This document shows, one piece after another, positions 12,727 through 23,989 of a stretch of 64,000 bases of DNA. Numbering within the stretch: the first letter of the stretch is position 1; each line of letters begins with the position of its first letter. The DNA is taken from positions 1 through 64,000 of the forward strand of contig MU271318.1 in NCBI GenBank assembly GCA_021432655.1, read 5' to 3'. The notes under the pieces are model-generated. The model made no database searches. It saw only the letters and a list, made by a program, of their open reading frames with translations, and was not told the origin of the DNA. Source of the stretch: Atractiella rhizophila. Taxonomy: Eukaryota. Position numbers and translations under genes: made by a program.

Positions 12727-14340
12727 ATGAACCGAAGCACTTTCCCCCGTCAGATCCGTTTACAGGTACGTCCTTGACTCCGTTCCTCAAACCTGATGAG
12801 ATGACCGAGGCAGCGTTAGAATGTTTGCAACATTACTGGTCGGGTTTTCGACTTTGGAGAAAACCCCCTCTACCCAGAGGCTAGCAAGACAATAACGAAG
12901 TGGTTTTCCAAGTGCGTTGCTCCCGTCCAGTGCTGATTCCGCCTGAACTATTATAAACAGGTATACAATGTATGACGAGAAGAAAAACCGAAAGTTTTTG
13001 GCAGGCCAGTTCGACTTTTTTGCTGGAATCAGCTTTCCCGACTGTGATCTTGAGCGTCTCGAAACTTGTCTAATGTTTTACTTCTGGGCATTTGCGGTGA
13101 GCGGCTTCCCAGCAGGAGCCTTTCGTTTCCGTATACTGAATTGTACACAGGCTGATGACCTTGCGGACGAAGGCGAGCTAGCAAATCGTCCAGAGGAAGT
13201 CGAGAAGGGTAGGTGCCAACTCGACACCTGCAGGCGTGTTTACACTTCATTTCTAGGGCATATGATCCAACAGAGCATCATCGACAAACTAGACGGCCCA
13301 GAACCTGAGTACCCCTATGCTTCAATGCTTTGGCAGTGCGTTTTCTTTCTGTTGCACTCTCATCCCTAATATCCCACTCAGCTTGCTACGCCGCATGAAG
13401 AAGACAGCCAGCCCTGGAGTTATCCGCAGATTCATCGAGTCTTATTACCTTCACAGCAACTCGCACATGGAGCAATGCACCCTTCGTCGGGAGGAGCGGC
13501 TCTACTCTATCCATGAGTTCATTCTGATGCGACGAGCAACCATCGGCTCAGGTCTCGTTAAAGCCATCACCGAGTATTCTGTCGACCTGGACATGCCCGA
13601 TTATGTCTTCGAGCATCCTGTCATGAAGGCGATGTCGGATGCGACCGACGACATCCTTACTTGGCCTAACGATCTCTGCTCCTTCAACAAGGAGCAAGCG
13701 GATGGGGACTACCAAAACCTCGTCTTTATCATTATGGCCGAGCATAAAGTCGACCTGCAGACGGCGCTTGACATGCTTGTGGATATGATTGCTCAGCGGG
13801 TCCAGGACTACGTGAACCTGAAGAAGCAGTTACCGAACTGGGGTCCAAAGGTCGATGCCGCGGTCGCGAAATACAACAAATATATCGAGTACATGGTCCA
13901 AGGTTGTGTTGTCTGGTACTACTCCAGCCCACGTTAGTTTTCTTTTCACAATGGTTCAAATTCTCAGTATTAATTTAGGGTACTTTCAAGGAGTCTCTGC
14001 GATTGGGAAGGACTACATCATGTGGGACTTGTATGAGCCTTCTGAGCCAACAGTCGAAACGACGAAAGCCGACTCGGAAAACTGTTCTCTTTCTGCGTCG
14101 CTTCTGCTGGGCGAGGACGACTCCGTTCCTTCCACACCAGGTACCGAGCAGGAGGGGTTCCGGGACTCATTTTCAGTGCAGAATCCCAGCACCGTCTCCC
14201 TTAAGCCAGTTTCGGTAATTGGGTCTTCGACTGAACGCTTTCTCAAGGCTCACCCCATCGTCTCTTTCACGGTCTTAGGGAAACTTTCTATTTCCTTTCC
14301 CTTCTCGCTCATCGATACCTTTCTCCATCCCGGCATTTAG
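12727..14340 (+). CDS. Class I terpene cyclase (sesquiterpene synthase-like), multi-exon
   Basis: Spliced model MNRSTFPRQIRLQ|NVCNITGRVF...NPLYPE...|...FWAFA|ADDLADEG (DDxxD), effector-like RRATIG, NSE motif NDLCSFNKE, and terminal SPR|YF. GT-AG introns at ~12766-12819, 12912-12960, 13097-13150, ~13209-13256, ~13337-13381 and ~13934-13978. The 3' end is uncertain. Confidence 0.9.
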
Positions 14341-14602
14341 AACTTTGATTCATTCTGTCTGTCCTTATTCTAGTAATGTCCCTTCTTCTTGGTAATCTGG
14401 GCAGCAATGCCCTCGAGGACATCTCACTTTCAGTGCCGTGCTTCTGGTCCTGTCTGTGTTCACTCCTTCTCCTTCCCTCTCCTTCCAGTCGTTCATTTAT
14501 CTACATTCATGTTCCTCCCTGTTTGAATAGTTGCTCTGTCTCTTGTTCCAGTTCATTAGACTTCACTTTGCAGTTTTGTAAGAAAAGCGCACAGCAACCC
14601 AA

Positions 14603-15654
14603 TTGGACAGTGAGGATGATGCCACTACTACGCTCGCCATCTCCTCCAAATGCCCTCATCTAAATCGAGAACTTTTGGAGCCAGATATCAAGCCACCTTC
14701 GCTACCTTCTTTTTGGAACTTTATAAAATCGAACCAGTCCCCATCTTCCACAAGTATGGATGTGGAAGCACAACCACCACCAGTTCCTCTGCCTATGAAT
14801 GTCTCCCAATCTCGAATGTCACAGACCTTTACTTCAGCAACAGGCACTTCGTTTGCAGATTATCAGGAGAAGAGTACAATTCAAATGTACTCTGATGCCT
14901 TCTGGAAGCTTGCAGCCTGCCGACTACAGTTCAAAGCTACTTCTTCAATGACGGAGAAGCAGCTGAAGTTATTTGCTGAGAACTATAATAACCCCCAGCT
15001 TATCTTGAACCCTGCGTATTACAATGCAGAGAAGGGTGTTCCGAAAGACAAAATCATTCACGATGGTTTGGTGCTCAAAAACGGATTATTTGCAATCGAG
15101 AAGGAGGTTGCTAGTCGTATTCAGAGAGTAGCCAGAGGAGACTATGAGTTTGAACGCTTTTATTGACAAGAAAAGGAATTTACTAATAGTGTTGAGCAGC
15201 CATCAAGCCATTCTGGAAACTTCAAACGACACTCCCTCCACCAGTGAAAGTGACATACATGAAGCCAACAAAGAAGGGCAACCTTGGAGCTGTAAAGACT
15301 TGTGGTCGATGCAAGAAGCAAAAGGATGGGTATGGTGAGAAGAATACAAACAACCACAAGCGCGATGTCTGTGACGACAACTTTATGCATTGGTCCAAAG
15401 TTCCGTACCCACTGCCCAAGACCAACCTACACAATGTCCCACTCTGCAAGAATATGTTGGGGAAGTGGAGCATAGATGAGAATGCGGTAAAGAAGTTTTT
15501 CACGGATATCAAGGATGGGAAAGTGCCAGATGTTGATCAATCGGTGGAGATGGTCAACATGCGAGTTTTTATGGCAATGACATGGGTAGAGGAAAAGATG
15601 GACTGGGTTTTGACAAAAGAAAGGTTGAATATTGAAGCAGGGAAAAGAAAGTAG
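14603..15654 (+). CDS. Hypothetical protein in two segments; possible Zn-binding motif CGRC...H...C
   Basis: ORFs 14603-15166 and 15244-15654 have protein-like composition. No family recognised. Confidence 0.35.
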
Positions 15655-15939
15655 TGGTTCACTTAGTGAGTAGTCAGATGCAAATGGATATCTTTTGTGA
15701 TTTTCAGTCCGGGACAAATAATGTACTAGCCTCCACTTTTGAAATTTTTATAAAGATCACGTGAACTATTCTAAAGCTAAGACAAATTTTGAGCTTTTAT
15801 CTGATCAATTACAGCTGCAGTTGCAAGAGGACTGAATGCACTGTTGCGGAGTCAGACAATGTAAATATAATGTGAGTTGATGCTCTGCTTTGTTAATATC
15901 CCCTCAATGCTAATAATCTTTATACATCGTGATAGCTAG

Positions 15940-16570
15940 CTCTCAGGCCTCGCATTCGATGTACTCACGCCTGAGATACGATGGATAATGGCGAAGTAAT
16001 ATGGAATCATATGTTTGACATATATAGGGTGTGTATTTTTTCCTTCGCTTTTTTTGATGTTTGCTCACTCTTATTACGCATTATACGTAGTAATATCTAG
16101 CCCCCAAGCCCATCGCTCCTCGCCCTCACGTCTAAAATACAATGGATAATAGCGAAGCAATGAGGAATTGCGTTTTTGATGTATATGAAGTGCGTGTTTC
16201 GTCCTCCGCTTTTTTTAATGTTCGCTCGTTCTCAATATACATTATACGTCGTTGAAGCTACATCTTAGGCCTCCCATTTGAGCTACTCACGTCTAAAATA
16301 CGATGGATAATGGCGAAGCAATAAGGAGTTGCGTATTTTGATGGATATGAGGTGCATATTTTGTCCTCCGCTTTTTTTAACGTTCACTCGTTCCCAATAT
16401 ACATTATACGTCGTTGAAGCTACATCTTAGGCCTCCCATTCGCGCTACTCACGTCTAAAATACGATAGATAATGGCGAAGCAATGCGGAATTGCATTTTT
16501 TGATGTATATGAGGTGTGTGTTTTGTCCTCCGCTTTTTTAATGTTCACTCATCGTTATTACATGTTATAC
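15940..16570. repeat. AT-rich tandem array, ~161-bp unit, ~4 diverged copies
   Basis: CTCACG...ATAC(G/A)AT(G/A)GATAAT(G/A)GCGAAG recurs at 15964, 16125, 16286 and 16448. Confidence 0.9.
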
Positions 16571-17047
16571 AGGGCAACAACAGCATCATATACGTTGTGT
16601 TCAAGCGACTTAATAGGAAAACACTTTGGGTATTGATGTCGGAAGGTGTGATTACATTTCAAGTTTCAACATACCCATATCTTTATTTATTTATTTTTCT
16701 TTTGCTTCAGAGACAGACACATTCCTTTTCATAGACACTGGATCAGTCTAAATTATGTCCATGATGAAGCATTAATCATTACTACGTTTTTGCATTCCAT
16801 AATATTCGATGGCGACCATTTTTGTGTTTGCAGCCCGATGCGGCGCAAATCTCCCCGAAATTGCGCGCAAAACCCCTTTTGAGCGCGGCCTTCGGCCGAC
16901 TGCGCAAAACCCTCGGGGGCGACCAGTTTGCCCACCCCCAGAATAACGTATCAGCGCCGATCCAACCCTATACAGCAAGCCCGTTTGAAAGACGAAAACA
17001 AAATTGTTTCCATGAGGGAGCCCAACTCCCATACGATGCAGCATACC

Positions 17048-19343
17048 ATGTCGACACCTTCTCCTCAGAAACCGAGACAGTCTTCCTTAGCAGTTCCGGA
17101 GCAACCCCATTCTACTCCTTTCAACCAGCGCCGTTCTGGATCAGACGTTCATGCATCTAACCTAGAATATCCTGAGGCGTATAGAGCGGCTGAAAGAGAG
17201 ACCAGGGGGAAATGGGTGTCTATGAAGATAGACAGATTTATGGGGATGGTCGGGATGAGCAGCCCTGAGGCTGAAGAGGCGCTGTCAGAGCTGCTCGAAA
17301 GACGCGAACCCATCATACTTCCAGCTGCTGAGACCAAGCAGTACGATGTTATGGTACGTGCCTTTATCAGTCATGGGGATGAGTTTCATAGATGCAATAG
17401 ATCGAATCGATGAGCTCTTATTTGGATAGCGGATGGCAGCAGGTTAATACCTCCGCTCATACGGACACACACATTCCCGAGCTCTTCGGTGCAACTGGGG
17501 TCAAACCAGATATAATTCTTTATTCCCCATCCAGAAGGGCTGTTGAAGGTCGAATTACGGATATGAAGGAGGCTGATTTGTTTTGGGAGTTTAAAATTGG
17601 TGTCCTCCCGTTTCACGACGCTCCAAACGAAAAGGGCAAGGGCAAGGAGAATCCCGACGAAGGTGAGATCGAAAACAATACCTTGGAAGCGACGATCAGG
17701 AAGGACGACGACGATGATATCCCAAGCGGCTTTGAGAATCGAGCCGACAACGCGGTGGAGCTTCGTGGCCAAATAACGCTTTACAACACTGTCATTCAAA
17801 TCCTCCAACACAGGACTCGCGTTTTTTCCATCTATATTGGTGGAGAAACAGCGCGCCTCCTTTGTCATTCTCGCGCCGGCACTGCCGTCACCCTTCCGTT
17901 CAATTACAATAAGGAACCCTATCTTCATGAATTTTTGTTTCGATACACGCGCGCTACCCGAGTTCAACGAGGGCATGACGACACGTACAAGGAACCGAGC
18001 GACCCTGTCGAGGAAGAAAATGCAAGGGACCGCCTTAGCCTTGGGGCTGACGATCCACTGTACGTCGTCAAGTTCGGTTTGGCGAGCTACTACGTCTCGA
18101 AACCTTTCACCGACTTTCACATGTATCCCGTCGGTCGTAGCACGAAATGTTTCTACGCGTATTGCCCTCGTCTAAAGGAGCTTGTACTTTTGAAGGATAT
18201 CTGGAGGAAGATGGAGTACGAAAAGGAAGGAGACACGCTTCGCAAATTAAATGTGGCAAACGTCCCCAACGTTCCCGCCATTCTTGACGACTGCGATATC
18301 GAGGGCGACCTTCAGAAGATTGAGGAGCCTTATCGCCAGGCGATGCAACATTACGTTCAGGTAACTGACAAGATCGGACGCCCTCTTTCTTCCTTCACGT
18401 CCAGCTGGGAAATGGTCAACGCGGTCTGTGACGCCATTCGAGGTGTGTTTCTGCTGCGTTTTTGTTTATCTGACCAGAACACAGCTCACGAAGCCGCATG
18501 GGAGAGGACGAACATTTTACACCGCGATATTTCCTCAGGCAACATCCTTATTTACGATCCACCATCAAGGTCTGACAGCGGGCCAGTAGAGTCGCAAGGA
18601 CTTTTGATTGATTGGGAAATGGCAAAAGTGGAGTCGTCAGAGTCATTCCCCCGCACTACCGAACGCACTGTACGCCCTCTCACTCAACTGCACGACGCGT
18701 TTCTGAATTGTGAGCGATGTAGGGTACCCACCAATTCATCGCTCTTGAACTCTTGAGTTCAGGTCGCGTCCAACACGAACCGCGGCATGACCTAGAATCG
18801 TTCATTTATGTCTTACTTTGGATCGCATTACGACATGCCAGTAAGTCCAAGATGCTAGAGGACAACAGAGACGACTTGCTGGGATATTTCGATCGCAAGA
18901 GAACGATGGCGAAAAGCCGCGCGGCGAAATTGAATCTTCTCAAGTCCCCCTCTCAAGTGTTACATCTCCATCTAGACACGCCAGGGTTGCGCGACGCGCT
19001 TGAGTCAGTTTGGCGGCCCTTTCAGGCTTATATGGAAGCCGTCGAACTTGGAATGAACCGGGAAGTTGACAAAATTATCTTGACGCATTCAATTCTGATT
19101 GAAAAGCTTGTATCTGCCCTTCGAAACAAGAATTGGAAACAGACGAAGGATGCATCAATCGAGTTCATGGTGCGGAAACGGAAGAGAAAGGATGCAGATG
19201 AAGATGAAGGCGGAGGAAGAGACGGGAAAAGATCACGGAGCGGAGGCAGGCGAAGTGAAGCGAGCGGTGGTGGAAGGAGTGGGAGGAGCACCAAGAGTGC
19301 GGCGGACAGTATGAAGAGCTCTGCAAGCCGAAGGAGAAGTTGA
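17048..19343 (+). CDS. Fungal-type protein kinase (FunK1 / Pkinase_fungal family)
   Basis: QHRTRVFSI, GRSTKCF, VLLKDIWR, ILHRDISSGNILI, GLLIDWEMA, RT|GTHQF, HEPRHDLESFIYVLLW. Introns 17354-17400, 18443-18484 and 18670-18722 give a continuous frame. Confidence 0.92.
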
Positions 19344-19680
19344 TGTGGTTGATGCTCGATTGTCTCCTGCATGACTGTCTCGAAGAGTTGTTGCGGCCCC
19401 TCCGGCTCGTCGTCACCTTCATTCCGCTAATGGCAAGTTGGATAGCTCCGTGCAACTTGGGAACAGAGGGAAACGGCTGAAATGGCCAGCCGTCGGTGCA
19501 TCGTAAGATCCATTTTGTGCCTTGCGCTGAGCACCTCTCTTTTCAACCTTCAGGCAATTTCAGCTGCTTTCAACGTGATTGTGAGTCAATATAATGCAAC
19601 GGAAGAATAAGCTTGAAAATTAACCATCTGAGATTGAGTTTGCTGCGACTTTTTCTGTCTTCAAGCGAGACTGTGTATGA

Positions 19681-22600
19681 ATGGGGTTTAATCACCGCAC
19701 ACTCTCGTGTCCCGTGACAGCCCTCGTATACCTGCAAGACGATTCTCTTTTACACTCTGAAGGGCCTTATTTGTGCGGTCAAAAGATCCTTTCACAAGGC
19801 AACAGAATTCACAAAATCATCGAAGATGTTGAGAACGGACAGCTGCTCGTGATCGGAGGACGAGAGGCGTGTATTTTGCGTTCTCAAAACTATGCTGAAG
19901 AGATAGCCCGTGTGGAAAGTCGCGATTGGCTGCTAGACGGGTGCTTTATCCGTGTCTGTCCCCCACCGTTCTTGACTCTGTCTAATTCTGTCTAATGGTC
20001 AAAGGTATTTAGGAAGGAAAGCAAGTCTGCCTTGTCACAGCTAACTTTTGCCTCGAATTTTACTATCTGGATGAAAATTCGAAAACTTTGCTACATTCCA
20101 GAACACAGCAAAGTCCCAAACACTCCTTGTTGTGGGCCGCGACTTTCTCGCATCGTGTCTACGACTCCATTTTTTCTCTCTGTGTCGCTGCGGGAACCAT
20201 TCTTTGTGAAGCGATTTTATCGCGCCCAGGCACATCCGTCACGGATGACAATCATTTGTTATCCATTAAAGCCCACAACGTTTGTATTTCCCTGCTGCTC
20301 ACCATAATTCCAACCAGAAACTTACAAAGCTCCATTTTCGACCTCTCCTTCTCTCCCGATCGCAAATCGATCGCTACAGTATCAGACGACCGTTCCCTTC
20401 TGGTCCATAAACTCACAGGCAACGCTATTACAGCTTCCCCACCCTGTTGGGAACACACCTCCCTGATCTGGAGAGTTACGTGGCTCTCTTCCTCCCGCAT
20501 CGTTACAGCAGGAGAGGTATTGTGGCCCTTTTCGGATCTTCAAGTTTGATGCTGATGTGCTATAGTGCAGGACAACCTTGTTGTTGTGTGGAAGAAAGAT
20601 GAGAGTGGGAACTGGAAAGTGGAGCGAAAGGAAGAGGTGCATAAGGGCCGTGGAATTTGGGCACTTGCGGTCTCGAAAAACGGCGAGAGATGGGCGGCGG
20701 GAGGATCCGATGGCGCAGTTCTCGAATGGGATATGAATGGAGGTCCGTAACTCCCTCTAGCATTGCTTGCTTTTACAAATCTACAGGAACACGGCCCGTT
20801 GACGATATGTATCATCTACGTGGGTTCGCCGCCAACGAGGTGGAAGACGTGCTCGCTGTCACCAAAACGGGTCTGTTGTCTTTCTTTCCGTTTGTACAGA
20901 TTTACCAAGAATGTGGCAGAGGCATCCTCCTGTGTCGGCAAGGAGAGCAGCCTCGTCTGATCTACGAGAGCGCAAGCTTAAAGGGTAGCTTTTGCATCAC
21001 ACTTTGTGATCTTTGGGGCATTATAGCACCGAGTGGTACGGCTAACGCTGAAGTGCTGATCGTGAACATCAAGGCAGAAGGTAAGCTTAAGCTATTTGCA
21101 CCTTGATGATTTGTATAATTCAACCATGGCCGAGTAGGTGTGAATACGACACCTGTGCAAACGACCTCTTGTTTTTCATACGTCCATATTCAAACATTAG
21201 GTTGTAAATTAATTCTTTCACTATCTACTCCTAACCAGCATCAAAGCAACCTGTTCTCGATCTCTGGCCATATACGACCGCCGTGCTACTGCCGTGCACA
21301 TTACCCAGCTACCTCATCTCTCCCATGTAAGTAACTGTCTCCATACCAAGCAGTGTCTGAATATATGTGTAGACAAGAACTATTCCTTGCCCACTCCCCA
21401 TCACCTACATTCGTTTGGATGACACGGGTGTGCTTTATGCCGGCACAAGAACTGGGCTTGTCTTATGCCTCACACATCAGGAAGAAAGGTGGGAACGACA
21501 CAGATGGTGTTCGAGATCTTGTGTTTCGGGGGAAGGAGGTTTGGAGTGTAGGAAGAGATGGAACCATTGTTTTTGATGAGAAGACGAAAGTCAAATTGAG
21601 GAGAGGATGGATGGAGCAGGTTCTTTCTCCCGGTTGTACCTGACGATGGAGCTGATGGAGTGGAATTAGATCGTAGGTGACGATGAGGTCGTTGTCTGGG
21701 GCGAGTTCGGGTGCGAGATCGTCAGGATGAACGGAGATTGTGTTGGGAGATTCAAATACGCGTTAGCTCCTTTCGCTTCCTCCTTCGACTAGGCTCAAAT
21801 ACAACAGTGGGAATCAACCTCCGTCCTGGCGCGTACTCAAAACTGATCCCAGTACCTATAAGCTATACTACATCCAGCGCTCCAGGTTGTACGTTGAAAC
21901 AATACATCCACCGGGCCAACATCAGTATCCAACACAGGGTCGCGAAATTCGCTCCATTTCCCTCTTTCCTACCTCCTCTTCCTACGACGATTACTTTCTC
22001 GCGTCTGTCTCCGAGTCCGGGATATTCCTACTATCCTCCCTATCCCAGTCCCATGGCAAACTGAAAACACTATTCCGAACCTGTGAAGTCGCCCAAGGAG
22101 CACTAAAGGCGATTCGCTATTTCGAATGATGGTTCATTCTCGGCGGAAACCGAGGGACAATACAGTCGGTTCAAGTTTTGGGATCAGGCAAAGGCGTTTG
22201 GGAGCACGCACGGTGGAGTACAAATGGAGAAGAGAGGCTGATGGATTTGGACATCGACCATTCCAGCAAAGTCATAGCGTGTTACTCGGATGGTATGGTA
22301 CGAGAATTTACTTTCAAGCCATCTACAGGGCAATTTGAATTGTTGCGATCCTGGAAAGCACATCAGAACGCTGCGCTGCAAGTCGGACGCGTCGGAACAT
22401 TTGCCCTCACTTCATCAAGCCGAGGAGAAGTGGCGCTCTGGGATGCAAAAGGAGGAGAGATGTGGAAGCGTCGCGTTCTAACGGCGGGTGTAGATGTCAT
22501 TGACTCCTACTGTCTACAAGATGGGTTCTTGCTCGCTCTTGCTGGTGACAGCGGGGACCTTGTCGCTCTGAAGTTCAATGAAAATGGGGAAGAGAGATGC

Positions 22601-22922
22601 GGGAGGAGGGAGCGCACGGAGCAGCAATTCATGGTTCGTCCCTTTCGTCTTCTTCTTGAAACAATCAGAAATGACAGGGACATGTGCAGGCTTGAGGTTC
22701 CTCACCGCTAGAGATATCTTAACCTGTTCCATTGATCAACCTCTCTCCCACTGGGTGCTGTCAGGACGTACGGAGTTCACGCTCAAAGAACAGGTAAACG
22801 TTGCGGATGTGGGTTGCATGGAGGTATCCCCTCTTCCTGCAAAAGACGAAAAGGAGAAGACTTGGCTCGTTGCAATTGGAGGAGTAGGGATCGAGAGCTT
22901 ACATTTTACACTGGCATCATAA
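19681..22922 (+). CDS. WDR6: WD40-repeat protein, WDR6/Trm734-like tRNA 2'-O-methyltransferase cofactor (multi-exon)
   Basis: PVTAL, GNRIHKI, DWLLD, VAAGT, SSIFD...IATVSDDRS, HTSLIWRV, TAGED, HKGRGIW, GGSDG, QGREIRSI, TCSIDQ, VADV and GGVGIE follow the WDR6 motif order. Confidence 0.8.
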
Positions 22923-23389
22923 AAGAATCTATACCATCAGTAGAGCTCAGTCAACCACTAAATTAGGCGAAATCGAAATATGGGTAATGCCATTAACGAC
23001 TTGTCAAAACTGGGCACTGTGACGGTCAAATGGAGTTACTCCATTAGCTCTCCAAAACGGCACCAATGCCACAGGCAACCAGACTTGTCCGCATATAATC
23101 AGACATCAGATTGACATACTATCACTGCCTACATGCGATACCGCAAGTTGCCTGGTGTTGAATCCCGAGTATTACAGCCTCGCCTTCTTGCCTTTGGACT
23201 CCTCCGCCTTCTCGTCTCTTCTCGTTTGAGCCATTTTAATGAGAGCATACAGAGTCTGCAAGCGAGGCATCTCAACACCTTTCTCTCTTGCCAGCCTATC
23301 CATACATATACCACGTATCATTAGCATTCTGATATCCCAAGTAAGAAAGTCAAGGAAAGGCCCACCGAATCGGAAACCCTAAATGACCT

Positions 23390-23700
23390 AGGCAACCCTA
23401 TCCCAATCTCCCCACATGCTAGGCATTCCGCCTTCATTCCTCTCGCTGCTCCTCAGAATCCTTTCCGCGTTAGCATATTTTCAAAGTCCATTTTCTTCCC
23501 CGTCACTTTCTCCGCAGCATAGAATATCTCCTCCATCACCCCTTTGAGGTGTTCACGAAGCTCTGGATCCTTCGATATCCGTGCGTTGGGGGTGCCGTTC
23601 GAGAGTACGGAGGATGGATTCATGCTCGAATTGATGGCGAGCTTGTGCCACCGAAGTAACTGAAAATCCGCCTCAGATTCGTAACTTGCCCCGTTGAAGT
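23390..23700 (-). pseudogene. Ketopantoate reductase (PanE/ApbA) C-terminal fragment
   Basis: RWHKLAINSSMNPSSVLS...DPELREHLKGVMEEI, then after a frameshift ILRSSERNEGGMPSMWGDW. No N-terminal Rossmann domain is seen. Confidence 0.7.
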
Positions 23701-23989
23701 GAGGATATTTAAGACCGTAAGAGTAAGATTTTCGGCCGTTATTGTACCCGACACATTGTATCAGCATGACGAGTTGAGCTTACTTGTCAGCGTTTACTGC
23801 GAGTTGTAGGAGCATCCCAGCAGAGGTAGAGGAAGAGAGAAGGAGTGAACACTAGGGGTAACAAGAAGTTTTGTCAGCCGTGACCTCGACAGCCACCAAA
23901 GATACCAAGCGCTGAGGTCGTAGGCGGCAGGAGCAGTCAGAGCGAGCAGACGTCCAGGTTGATAGCACGGCATTTCCTCCGCTTACCTA

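Noticed and set aside
17386..18120. 244-aa antisense ORF, and many similar shadow ORFs such as 37484-38038 and 48811-49275
   Set aside because: They lie opposite well-supported genes and have no motifs of their own.
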